From Acidobacteriaceae bacterium (GTDB taxonomy: Bacteria > Acidobacteriota > Terriglobia > Terriglobales > Acidobacteriaceae): DNA of 64,000 nt. Made by a program: the position numbers and the translations under genes. The stretch covers positions 264-64,263 of the forward strand of contig JASHRF010000105.1 of NCBI GenBank assembly GCA_030037545.1, written 5' to 3'. Positions within the stretch are counted from its first letter, which is position 1. Each line of letters begins with the position of its first letter. The notes beneath the pieces are model-generated. The model was not told the origin of the DNA and did no database searches. It saw only the letters and a program-made list of their open reading frames with translations. Below, in pieces: positions 19,358-28,796 of this stretch.

Positions 19358-20101
19358 CTACGACTCCGGCGCCTCAACCGCCTGCTCGCTATGTCCCTCG
19401 CGGAGCAGGCAAAGCGCGCGGCGCACACTATCCTTCAGAGCCCGCGGATCATCCCCATCGCCAAAGTGATGCTCGTGCGTGAGCGAGCCATGGAGAGAGA
19501 AAACACCGGAGCGGCTCACCAGTTCGAGAAGACTGCTGAGACGCAGTCCGCCCCCGGCGATGATCTGGATGCGGTCGCCCGCCTGTTCCACAAGCGCGCC
19601 GATCGATTCTGCGCCGCTTAGCACATCGGGTGCGCCGCCTGAGGTCAGCAGGCTGTCCGCGCCGGATGCGATCACGTCTTCGAGCGCCTGGCTCAGATCT
19701 CTGGTTTCATCGAAGGCGCGATGGAAAGTCACTCCCATGGGCCGCGCCAGCTCCACCAGCGCGTGGGTCCGTTCCACGTCCACGTGGCCTCCGGCGTTCA
19801 GCACGCCCAGCGCAACCCCACGAGCGCCGGCATCGCGCGCCATCTGCACTTGGCACCGGATTTGGTCGTACTCGGCAGATGTAAAAACAAAATCGCCTGC
19901 GCGCGGCCGCACCAGAACGTAAACGGGAATCGAGACCGCTGCGATCACCTTCGTCATCAGCGCCGGCGACGGCGTGACCCCGCCACATTCGAGCTGAGAA
20001 CAAAGCTCGATGCGATCGGCCCCGCCAGATTCGGCTGCGCGCGCGGCGTGGAGAGATTCAACACAGACTTCAAAAAAGACTGAACCCTTAATGTATTTCA
20101 A
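19358..20101 (-). CDS. cutC: CutC-family protein
   Basis: EVCVES, GADRIELC, GGVTPS, RPRAGDF, TFHRAFD and LTSGG; TTG start after GAGG is inferred. Confidence 0.9.
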   Translation of the reverse strand: MKYIKGSVFFEVCVESLHAARAAESGGADRIELCSQLECGGVTPSPALMTKVIAAVSIPVYVLVRPRAGDFVFTSAEYDQIRCQVQMARDAGARGVALGVLNAGGHVDVERTHALVELARPMGVTFHRAFDETRDLSQALEDVIASGADSLLTSGGAPDVLSGAESIGALVEQAGDRIQIIAGGGLRLSSLLELVSRSGVFSLHGSLTHEHHFGDGDDPRALKDSVRRALCLLREGHSEQAVEAPES

Positions 20102-20865
20102 ACCATTGCCTCGCCCAATCAATTTGACTCTTTCCGTTCTCTTGCCGGCCGTCTGCTCCCCTCAAGGGGTCTCTGAGCGATTTCCACTCACTTTGATCAT
20201 GCGTGGAAGAGGCCAGCCGGAGGCTCCGCCGTAGAAAAATTTCTCCAATTTCTCCGATGCCATTAAGATGAGTTTATATCACAATTGTCGAAAGATATCT
20301 AAATGGTGATCGTAAAGCACAATAATAATCATTATTAGAGTTACGAACGCCCCCGAGGATCGAAGATAGGGACAATGGGGGCACTGCAACCGGCCCCCAA
20401 TTTTCACCGAATTAAGACCCGATTTCCCCGAATTTCAGTACAGCGGGGAAAGTCATCATTTTGATCAACGACCTGGAAAAGTTCGTTTTTGGTTTGCCAC
20501 TCCGTCAAAACGCGGCCTGCACTTCAGTCCGACCGATCGATGCTCATTTAAGCCTAAATTGATCAAATATCGCCAGCCAGGTTTGCGGTGAGGGCGTATG
20601 AACACAAAGGAGGGCGCTGAACCAGGGCAAAACGCTCTGCGCTTCTGGCGCGGAGCCAAACCGACGCCTGAAGGCATTTGCCTTCGGGCGTCGCTGCGTA
20701 GGCGTGCATTACAGCGAACCAGCGTCGAGGTACCCTGAGCCGCCTTGGCAAGGGCTTTTTCATCGAGAAAAACCACACTCCACAAATCTCCGCGAGGTTA
20801 CTCTGGTTCCGCTCCATTGATAGAGTTGAGGGAGGCGCGCGCCGCGGCTGTGTTGCAAAACTGGC

Positions 20866-23052
20866 GTGCGGGATCTCCCGGCTTTGACAACCGTCTCCAA
20901 TGCGTCAGCGCCCAGCGCGGCAGCAACGCCTCATGCCGCAGCGCCGGCTGAAATTCTTCAGTCGGTGTTCGGGCACGAGTGTTTCCGCAGCGGGCAGGAA
21001 GAGGTGTGCCGCGCGGCCATCGCGGGACGCGACCTGCTGCTGGTGATGCCGACAGGCGCAGGCAAGTCGCTCTGCTACCAGTTGCCGGCCATCGCGCGCG
21101 GCGGCACGGCGCTGGTCATCTCGCCGCTGATTGCGCTCATGGAAGACCAGGCGGCGAAGCTCGCCGCCCTGGGCTTGCGCGTCGCGCGCATTCACTCCGG
21201 ACTGGAGCGCGCGGTTGCGCGACAGGCCTGCGTCGAATACCTGCAAGGCTCCCTGCAGTTTTTGTTTATCGCGCCGGAGCGGCTGCGCGTGCCCGGATTT
21301 CCGGAGATGCTGCGCAAGAAAAGGCTAGCCCTGATCGCCATCGACGAGGCGCATTGCATCTCGCAATGGGGCCATGATTTCAGGCCCGACTACCGCATGT
21401 TAGGCGAATACCTGCCCGGGCTGCGCGCCGCAAATGGACACGTCCCCGCGAATGACGGAATCACCGCCCGGATTCCGGTGCTTGCGTTTACCGCGACGGC
21501 CACGCCGGAGGTGCAGGCCGATATCGTGCAGCAGCTGGGCATGATCAAGCCGGCCCAATTCATTCATGGCTTCCGGCGCGAGAACCTGGCCATCGAGGTG
21601 GTCGAGGTCGCGGTCCCCGATCGCGCGCAGGCCATTTGCAGCCTGCTCGCCCGGCCGACGAGCAGGCCGGCCATTGTGTATGCCACCTCGCGCAAGCAGT
21701 CGGAAACATTGGCGGAAGTGTTGTCGCAGAGCGCGGGCGGCAATGGAAAGATTCGCGCGGCGGCGTATCACGCCGGACTCGACGCGGCCACGCGCGAGCG
21801 CATACAGACTGCGTTTCAGCGGTGCGAGGTGGAAGTGGTAGTGGCGACCATAGCCTTTGGAATGGGCATCGACAAGGCCGATATTCGCACTGTGATTCAT
21901 GCCGGGCTGCCGGGAACACTCGAAGGTTATTACCAGGAGATCGGGCGCGCGGGACGCGACGGCGCGCTGAGCCGCACTTACCTGATGCATTCCTATGCCG
22001 ACCAGCGCACGCACGATTTTTTTCTCAATCGCGACTACCCGCCGCTGGAGCACCTTAGCACGGTGTTTCAGACCCTTGGCGAAAATCCACGACCCGTGGA
22101 GAAAGTGCGCTCGGAAGCGCTGGCGCGGCTTGAGCTCGACCAGGAAGAATTCGATAAGGCGCTCGAGAAACTGGAAATTCACGGCGGCGCGCGCGTGGAT
22201 TTTGGCGGCAGCGTAACCCGCGGCGGGCCGGCATGGAGGAAGACTTATGCGGTGCAGGCGCAGCATCGCGCCGAGCAGTATCAAAAGGTGGTTCGCTACA
22301 CCGCGATGAGCGAGTGCCGGATGTCGGCTCTGGTGCGGCATTTTGGCGACGAGCACGATGTGGACCGTCCTTGCGGCAAATGCGATGTGTGCGATCCGGC
22401 GGGCGCGGTGCTGCGGGTTTTCCGGCATGCTACGCCGGCGGAGCGGGAGCTGGCGCAGCGCATCGTCGATGAATTGCGGCCGCTCGATTACCTGGCTGCA
22501 GGAACTTTGCAGCGGCGGTTGGAGCTGGTGGGCCGCATCAGCCGCGACGAATTTGACGCGCTGCTCGATGCCATGGCGCGCGCGGGGCTGATCGGGATCG
22601 AGGATGCCGAATTCGAGAAAAACGGGGAGATCATTCGCTTTAGAAAGATCCGCCTCACGGAAGACGGGCTCGCGGTGCGGCATTCCACGCCGTTGCCGTT
22701 ACTGATCAGTGACGGAATTGGAGACGAATTTGCGCGGCGGGGCCAGCCGCCGTCGCGGGCGAAGGCGAAAAAACTGGACGCGGCGGGAAAGCGCACGCGC
22801 GCCGATGCAGGGCCGGCCGAGTTGACCCTGGAACAGGAGAAGTTGGCAGCCCTGATCAAGCAGTGGCGGATGGCGGAGGCAAAGCGGCTGGGAGTTCCGG
22901 CCTATGTGGTGCTGCATGACCGCACGGTGACGGCGTTGGCCACGGCACGGCCGGAGAATTCGAAGCAGTTGCTGGAAATTGATGGGATGGGTGAGGCGAA
23001 GGCGGAGAAGTTTGGCGCGGCGATATTGAAGGTGTGCTTTGGTGCGAAGTAA
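20866..23052 (+). CDS. recQ: RecQ-family ATP-dependent DNA helicase with HRDC domain
   Basis: MPTGAGKS, DEAHCISQWGHDFRPDY, ATIAFGMGID, QEIGRAGRDG, Zn CGKCDVC and C-terminal HRDC; start uncertain. Confidence 0.92.
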   Translation: MRDLPALTTVSNASAPSAAATPHAAAPAEILQSVFGHECFRSGQEEVCRAAIAGRDLLLVMPTGAGKSLCYQLPAIARGGTALVISPLIALMEDQAAKLAALGLRVARIHSGLERAVARQACVEYLQGSLQFLFIAPERLRVPGFPEMLRKKRLALIAIDEAHCISQWGHDFRPDYRMLGEYLPGLRAANGHVPANDGITARIPVLAFTATATPEVQADIVQQLGMIKPAQFIHGFRRENLAIEVVEVAVPDRAQAICSLLARPTSRPAIVYATSRKQSETLAEVLSQSAGGNGKIRAAAYHAGLDAATRERIQTAFQRCEVEVVVATIAFGMGIDKADIRTVIHAGLPGTLEGYYQEIGRAGRDGALSRTYLMHSYADQRTHDFFLNRDYPPLEHLSTVFQTLGENPRPVEKVRSEALARLELDQEEFDKALEKLEIHGGARVDFGGSVTRGGPAWRKTYAVQAQHRAEQYQKVVRYTAMSECRMSALVRHFGDEHDVDRPCGKCDVCDPAGAVLRVFRHATPAERELAQRIVDELRPLDYLAAGTLQRRLELVGRISRDEFDALLDAMARAGLIGIEDAEFEKNGEIIRFRKIRLTEDGLAVRHSTPLPLLISDGIGDEFARRGQPPSRAKAKKLDAAGKRTRADAGPAELTLEQEKLAALIKQWRMAEAKRLGVPAYVVLHDRTVTALATARPENSKQLLEIDGMGEAKAEKFGAAILKVCFGAK

Positions 23053-23095
23053 AGCACAGCATGGATTGCGGACCTGGAAGTTCTCATGACAACCG

Positions 23096-23170
23096 ATCTT
23101 CTGCTCCAATCTTCTGCTCCAACAAAGAAGACCTGTTGTCGAGGATCTGGTCTCGAGACCGGCGCCACCC
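23096..23170. repeat. Degenerate REP composite plus a 13-bp tandem duplication
   Basis: atcttctgctcca x2; gaagacctgt core as at 15434; ggtctcgagacc...caccc as at 9969. Confidence 0.45.
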
Positions 23171-23198
23171 CTTAGCTGCGCCCGTTGCCAAATCCAGG

Positions 23199-23729
23199 TT
23201 AGGCGACGCGCTCGACGGTGACCGACTCCAGCACCACCGGCTTATGCGGCTTATCCTGAGCGCCACGCGGCACCTTGGAGATTTTCACCACGATATCCTG
23301 GCCTTCCACCACTTCGCCGAAGATGGTGTGCTTGCCCGTGAGCCAGGGCGTGGGCGCCACGGTGATGAAGAATTGGCTGCCGTTCGTGTTGGGTCCGGCG
23401 TTGGCCATAGCCAGCTTGCCCGCCTTGTCGAAGCGGTGCGGCGAGCCTTTGGTTTCGTCCTGAAAACGATAGCCCGGACCACCCATGCCGCTGCCGGCCG
23501 GGTCGCCACCCTGAATCATGAAGTCGGGAATCACGCGGTGAAAGATGGTGCCGTCGTAAAGCTTGTCGCTCGACTTGGCGCGGGTGACAGGATGGGTCCA
23601 CTCGCGCGCGCCTTCGGCGAGGTCGATGAAATTTTTCACCGTGACCGGCGCGTCGGCCTCGAAAAGGCGCGCGGTGATCTTGCCCTCGCTGGTGTTGAAG
23701 ATCGCGTAGGTTCCGGGTGTCGTTGGCAT
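23199..23729 (-). CDS. Cyclophilin-type peptidyl-prolyl isomerase (cytoplasmic)
   Basis: FHRVIPDFMIQGGDP and AMANAGPNTNGSQFFIT; AGGAG before MPTTPG. Confidence 0.93.
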   Translation of the reverse strand: MPTTPGTYAIFNTSEGKITARLFEADAPVTVKNFIDLAEGAREWTHPVTRAKSSDKLYDGTIFHRVIPDFMIQGGDPAGSGMGGPGYRFQDETKGSPHRFDKAGKLAMANAGPNTNGSQFFITVAPTPWLTGKHTIFGEVVEGQDIVVKISKVPRGAQDKPHKPVVLESVTVERVA

Positions 23730-23808
23730 GTGAGCTCCTGGGGTTGAGATCGGGGGAACGAAGACTTGCTGGAATTGACGTTGTGCTGGCCGGCAGATTT
23801 TAACTTCC

Positions 23809-24543
23809 CTACTGCTGCGGCGAGCCAGGCGCAGGTGCAGGGGCCGGTTGCGGCGCGGGTGGAGCTGCGGGCTCGCCGAGCTGCAGAGGCGGCATCGGCT
23901 CGCCCGCGCGCACAATGGTGACCTTTTCCAGCGTGACCGGCGAGAGCGGCTTATCGTCGGAGTTGCGCGGCACGCGAGCGATGGCTCTCACAACTTCCAC
24001 GCTGGGATCGTCGCACTGGCCGAAGAGCGTGTAGTGCTGATCGAGCGAGGGATAAGCCTGCTCGGTGATGAAGAACTGGCTGCCATTGGTGTTAGGGCCG
24101 GAGTTGGCCATAGCCAGGCGGCCGGGACGGTCGAAGTTGAGGTTGGGATCGAACTCGTCGGCGAACGTGTAGCCTGGATCGCCCATGCCGGTACCGGTCG
24201 GATCGCCGCCCTGAATCATGAACCCAGGAATCACGCGATGGAAGGTGGTGCCGTCATAGTAGCGCTTGTGGCGCGCAACTTTTTTGGTGGCCGGATCGGT
24301 CCACTCCTTTGTGCCTTCCGCCAGTCCGATGAAATTGGCAACTGTATTGGGTGCCTGCTTCTGATAAAACTGGCAGGTGATGCGGCCCATCGACGTGTCC
24401 ATAACCACGAACGGGCCGTTGGGTACGGTTGCGGCTTCGGGGGTCGCGGTGGGCGCGTCGGGAACTTGATTCTGTTGGGCGAGTGCTGGGAATGCCAAAA
24501 GGGCAGCCAGGGCCGGAGTGCAGAGTATGTGAATAAATTTCAT
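23809..24543 (-). CDS. Cyclophilin-type peptidyl-prolyl isomerase (exported)
   Basis: Signal peptide MKFIHIL...ALA|QQ; same cyclophilin motifs; Pro/Ala-rich tail. Confidence 0.92.
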   Translation of the reverse strand: MKFIHILCTPALAALLAFPALAQQNQVPDAPTATPEAATVPNGPFVVMDTSMGRITCQFYQKQAPNTVANFIGLAEGTKEWTDPATKKVARHKRYYDGTTFHRVIPGFMIQGGDPTGTGMGDPGYTFADEFDPNLNFDRPGRLAMANSGPNTNGSQFFITEQAYPSLDQHYTLFGQCDDPSVEVVRAIARVPRNSDDKPLSPVTLEKVTIVRAGEPMPPLQLGEPAAPPAPQPAPAPAPGSPQQ

Positions 24544-24678
24544 GCCGATTTGAGGGTACATCATGCAGGCTGTGGGCTGCCAGCGGCGGACGCACGGCAC
24601 CGGCAGCGGAATGTCCGCCGAATTGGCAGAGGCGAGCAGAGACTTGCGCTGTATGGTAATTCCAGGAGGAACTTCCGG

Positions 24679-26223
24679 ATGAATACACTCCACGTTCGCG
24701 CGGCCATGCTGCTGTGCGCCGCACTTTGCGTTGCCATTCCCAGCGCGCGGGTTGCCGCGCAGAACGACAAACCGGCTCCCGCCGCGGAGCAGCCGGCGAG
24801 CGCCGAGAAACCGGCGGCGAACAAGCCCGAGGCTGACGAGAACAAGCTTCCCCCGCTGCCGCCGGAAAAGAGCGTGCCGCAGACGATGGTGCTCAACGGC
24901 AAGACGCTGCACTACACGGTGACGGTGGGCGCATACCCAACACGCGACAAGGACGGCAAAGTGGCTGGCGAGGTGGTGGTCACGTCCTACACCATGCCGG
25001 GCGACGACCGGCCGGTGACGTTTGCTTTCAACGGCGGGCCGGGCGCGTCGAGCGTGTATCTGAACTTCGGCGCCATTGGTCCCAAGCATCTGCAGTTCGG
25101 CAACGAAGGCGACAGCCCCTCCGATCCCACGGTGCTCACCGACAACCAGGGTACGTGGCTGGACTTTACCGACTTGGTGTTCGTCGATCCCATCGGCACC
25201 GGCTTCAGCCGCTCGCTGGTCTCGGAAGACGAGTCAAAGAAGCTCTTCTACTCGACCGAGCCGGACATCGAGTATCTGTCGCGCATCGTCTACGACTGGC
25301 TGGTGAAGAACGATCGCCTGGATTCGCGCAAGTACCTGGTGGGCGAGAGCTATGGCGGCTTCCGTGGACCCCGCGTCACCTATTACCTGCAATCGCAGTT
25401 GGGCGTGGCCATGAACGGCTTTGTGCTGGTATCGCCGTATCTAAATCCGACGGTCGAGAGCCACGGGGATCTTTCTCCACTGCCATGGATGGTCACGCTG
25501 CCCCCGATTACGGCGGCCAACCTTGAGCGTGAGCACAAGCTCACACCGGAGGCGATGCAGGATGTGATTGCCTACGACGAAGGGGAGTACGCAACCACGC
25601 TGATCAAAGGCCGCAGCGATCCGGCCGCCACGGACCGCATGATCCAGCGCGTGACCGAGATGACAGGGCTCGATCCGCAGTTTGTGAAACTTTCCGGTGG
25701 ACGGCTTGAGACTGAGGCCTATCTGCGCGAGGTGCATCGCGAGCAGGGCAAGCTGGGCTCGGTGTACGACTCCAACGTGACCATGTTCGATCCGTTCCCC
25801 TACGCGCCGGAACAGCGCGCCAGCGATCCCCTGCTGGCGACGATCATCGCGCCGGTGACAACAGCCATGGTGAACTTTATCACTCATACCGTTGGTTGGA
25901 AAGTGGATGCGCGCTACAACGCACTTTCGTACGAGGTGGGCCGGTTGTGGCAGGGCGGGGACGCACTGCGCGACGGCTCGGTGACACAATTGCGCGACGC
26001 CGTGGCCGCCGATCCCAAAATGCGCGTGATCATCGCGCACGGATGGAACGATCTCTCCTGCCCCTTCATGGGCTCGGTGCTGAGCGTGAACCAGATGCCG
26101 GTGATGGGCGACCCGACGCGTGTCTCGGTGCACGAGTATCCGGGCGGGCACATGTTCTACACGCGCGAGGCCAGCCGCATGGCGCTGCACAAGGATGTGA
26201 TGGAGATGGTGAGCAAGCACTGA
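24679..26223 (+). CDS. S10-family serine carboxypeptidase, exported
   Basis: NGGPGASS, DPIGTGFS, GESYGG and GGHMFY; AGGAGG RBS; signal peptide. Confidence 0.92.
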   Translation: MNTLHVRAAMLLCAALCVAIPSARVAAQNDKPAPAAEQPASAEKPAANKPEADENKLPPLPPEKSVPQTMVLNGKTLHYTVTVGAYPTRDKDGKVAGEVVVTSYTMPGDDRPVTFAFNGGPGASSVYLNFGAIGPKHLQFGNEGDSPSDPTVLTDNQGTWLDFTDLVFVDPIGTGFSRSLVSEDESKKLFYSTEPDIEYLSRIVYDWLVKNDRLDSRKYLVGESYGGFRGPRVTYYLQSQLGVAMNGFVLVSPYLNPTVESHGDLSPLPWMVTLPPITAANLEREHKLTPEAMQDVIAYDEGEYATTLIKGRSDPAATDRMIQRVTEMTGLDPQFVKLSGGRLETEAYLREVHREQGKLGSVYDSNVTMFDPFPYAPEQRASDPLLATIIAPVTTAMVNFITHTVGWKVDARYNALSYEVGRLWQGGDALRDGSVTQLRDAVAADPKMRVIIAHGWNDLSCPFMGSVLSVNQMPVMGDPTRVSVHEYPGGHMFYTREASRMALHKDVMEMVSKH

Positions 26224-26292
26224 GGGCGCCGCGAAGGAAAAGGCCATCTGAGCCGGCTTTGAAGGGACAGGAGTGACACCCTTGTCAATCGC

Positions 26293-27609
26293 CTAGCGGT
26301 AGGACTCGTCGCGGTGAATCACGAATTCGGGATAAGCGCCTCCGCCCAGCTCGTGCAGGTCCATGCCGATGCGTTCGCCGTCGGGATCGACACGGAAGGA
26401 AACGATGCGATTGAGCGACGCAAAGAGCAGGTAGACGAGGGGCAAAAAGACGCCGAGCAGCGCGCTGATGCCAACCAGTTGCGCGAGGAATTGGCCCGCC
26501 GCATGCGCGAACAGGCCGGCGGCAAGGATTCCCCATAGCGCCGACGCGCCGTGAACTACGATGGCTCCCGAAGGGTCGTCGATGGAGAGCGCCAGCTCAA
26601 ATAGTTCGACGAGCAGCGGCGTCATCACGCCGGCAATAGCTCCGATGAAGATGGCCGCGCCCGGCATAACCAGCGCCGCACATGCGCTCGACGCCACCAG
26701 CCCGGCCAGCCAGCCGTTGGCGCATAGGCTTGCGTCTGGTTTGCCAAAGCGGATGCGGGTGACAGCGAACGTGGCGGCCAGCGCACTGGAAGCGCAGAGC
26801 AGCGTGTTTACGACCGTGAGGGGCAGCGTGGAGAGTGGCGCGCACAGCCAGACGATGGCGCCGGCCGCGTTCCAGGCCAGCCAGCCAGCCAGCGCCACGA
26901 AGCACCCGAAGAGCACGTAAACCGCATTGTGGCCGGGCATGGCGGTGGAGAGACCCTCTTTGGGAAACTTGCCGCGGCGCGGTCCGGCGATCCAGACGAC
27001 GACCAACGCACTCAGCCCGCCGAGCGCATGAACGGTGGCCGCTCCGCCGGGATCGAGGAAGCCTGCGCCCAGACCGAAATTGATGCCCAAAGCGGTTAAC
27101 CATCCGCCGTCCCAGATCCAGTGCGCAGCCAACGGAAAGACGAAGGCTGCAAGCACGGCGGCAGCAGCGCAACCGGCAGTCAGCCGCCACCGGTCTGCGC
27201 CGGAGCCCCAGGGAATCAAAGCCGCCATGGCGACAGAAAGGAATTCGAAGACCACCGCGAGTTGCGTCCGCGGGGTTGCTGCGCCAAAGCCGCCGAGCAG
27301 GAATGGACCGTTGCCGATCCAGTTCCACGATTTGCCTGCGGCGTGGAACGACCAGCCCGCACCGCCGAGCACGCCGGCTACCGATGCGCCCACGAGGGCA
27401 AACACGATAGCCGTGATGGCCACGATGGCGAGGCTGCCGACCAGCGCCTGGGCGGCGGAGCGCGAGCGCCCGAGGCCGGTGTTGATGAGCGCCACGCCGG
27501 CAATCGCCAATGGCGACACCAGCAGCAGGGCCAATCCGAGCGCAAAAACCGCTTCGGACATAACGAGAACGGCAGGGGCCGCGCCGGTCGATAGGATTGG
27601 AGCGTTCAT
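26293..27609 (-). CDS. Amt-family (ammonium transporter-like) channel, atypical residues
   Basis: 11-TM Amt pattern: HWIWDGGWL, LDPGGAATVH, GPRRGKF, PGHN, NGWLAGLVA, DDPSGAIVVHG, ERIGMDLHELG. Confidence 0.88.
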   Translation of the reverse strand: MNAPILSTGAAPAVLVMSEAVFALGLALLLVSPLAIAGVALINTGLGRSRSAAQALVGSLAIVAITAIVFALVGASVAGVLGGAGWSFHAAGKSWNWIGNGPFLLGGFGAATPRTQLAVVFEFLSVAMAALIPWGSGADRWRLTAGCAAAAVLAAFVFPLAAHWIWDGGWLTALGINFGLGAGFLDPGGAATVHALGGLSALVVVWIAGPRRGKFPKEGLSTAMPGHNAVYVLFGCFVALAGWLAWNAAGAIVWLCAPLSTLPLTVVNTLLCASSALAATFAVTRIRFGKPDASLCANGWLAGLVASSACAALVMPGAAIFIGAIAGVMTPLLVELFELALSIDDPSGAIVVHGASALWGILAAGLFAHAAGQFLAQLVGISALLGVFLPLVYLLFASLNRIVSFRVDPDGERIGMDLHELGGGAYPEFVIHRDESYR

Positions 27610-27794
27610 GGGCGTCCCTCGCCGTCCCGCACCATGTGCCCGCGCACCGCAACCGCCAGCCCCATGGCCTCTACGGCCAGCCCGCACGCCGCGAAAGCCG
27701 CGCGCGCGGCGCCATCGGGAAACATCACCAGCGCTGCGATAGTGAGGAAAAAACCCGCAGGCATCACCAGCAGTCCGGCGTATTTCATGCTCAT
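27606..27794 (-). CDS. 62-aa two-TM hypothetical membrane protein
   Basis: Two hydrophobic helices; GAGAGG upstream; stop overlaps the amt start (ATGA). Confidence 0.7.
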   Translation of the reverse strand: MSMKYAGLLVMPAGFFLTIAALVMFPDGAARAAFAACGLAVEAMGLAVAVRGHMVRDGEGRP

Positions 27795-28013
27795 TCCTCT
27801 CGTCGCGGTTGCGTTTTCCAGCGAGCCATTGCGCGCAGGATGCCGGGAGTACGTTCGGCGTCGACCCCGGTCCGTGGGCGATGCTGAGTTTTCCGCGGTG
27901 GAATGATGGCGCGCTTATGAATTCTAAATGATGGAGCACAGTTACGATGGGCGTGAACTGGTCTGGTGGCTAACACAGGCTCCGGGCATCCCGATTCTCG
28001 AGGTCGTGCCTGC

Positions 28014-28349
28014 ATGTCCTTCGCTCTTCGAATGCTCTCTCAACCCGCGGGCGCGTTTGCCGTGTTGGTGCTGGCCGCCGTTCTCGAGGTGCTTGACGAT
28101 TCGTGCTTCCAATCCGGGTTCTATCGCCCCGTGAGTGCCAACCGCGCTGCGGCGCTGTTGGCCGGGGCGGTGGTGAATGTCCCGCGCTGGGATTTGGGCC
28201 GGCTGCTCGGAGTCTATGTGGTGGTGTTTTTTGTAGCCGCGCAGATCGTCAACCCCATTCGCTTTGGCCACGCACCCACGCCGCCGATCTATGCGGGCGG
28301 TGCATTTATCGTGGCCGGCGGGCTGGTGATGATGTTCTGGAAAATCTGA
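28014..28349 (+). CDS. Small 4-TM membrane protein (SMR/YnfA-like); possibly carries an internal deletion
   Basis: AAVLE TM1 Glu, DLGRLLGVYVVVFF and GGAFIVAGGLV; TM2 looks short. Confidence 0.6.
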   Translation: MSFALRMLSQPAGAFAVLVLAAVLEVLDDSCFQSGFYRPVSANRAAALLAGAVVNVPRWDLGRLLGVYVVVFFVAAQIVNPIRFGHAPTPPIYAGGAFIVAGGLVMMFWKI

Positions 28350-28649
28350 CACCGGTTTGAGTCGCGCAGGTTTGTCTTCGCGAGCATGGAGCACGTTGCA
28401 CACGCTTTGGGCGGCGCTTGGAGGAGAGGCGCTGGTCTGGACGGGTGCCGCATCGCGGAACGCGCGAGTGCCAACCCTTGCTGCGGCGTGCTATCTTTTA
28501 TGTGAAAATTTCCCCGCTTCTGAAGGTACGGCCTCAGAGGCAGAGTTGTTTGTTCCCCAAATCATTTTTTGTCACATTCGACGACCTTATCCAAGCGGGA
28601 GAACACCTGATTTTGCACCGTATTTTTCGCAATTTTTGATGCTAACCTC

Positions 28650-28677
28650 TTGCACGCCCGCGTTGGACTGTTATAGT
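28650..28677 (+). promoter_or_regulatory. Candidate sigma70 promoter of the act-cox operon
   Basis: TTGCAC-16 bp-TATAGT with extended -10 TG, in AT-rich DNA 120 bp upstream of actA. Confidence 0.45.
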
Positions 28678-28796
28678 GAAATTTCGGGCTTCCTCGCCTC
28701 AGCGCTGTTTTTTACCCAAGACCGATTTTTGTACATAACCCATGTGACCGCCGGCACAGCGGGCACATACCGACGCGAAAATCAAGCAGGGAAAAC

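Noticed and set aside
20600-20760. c-di-GMP-I riboswitch-like start (agggcaaaac)
   Set aside because: The GNRA/GACGCAAAG core and the second stem are missing
18239-20865. tRNA-anchored genomic island
   Set aside because: No integrase, and I found no duplicated tRNA 3' end in the window
23848-25089. Apparent overlapping extensions of the S10 peptidase and cyclophilin ORFs
   Set aside because: Each extension is the antisense of the other gene; true starts with signal peptides are at 24679 and 24543
27795-28013. Guanidine or fluoride riboswitch, or sigma54 promoter, between amt and the SMR-like gene
   Set aside because: Only partial words match; no paired ACGR hairpins; the -12 GC is absent after TGGCGC
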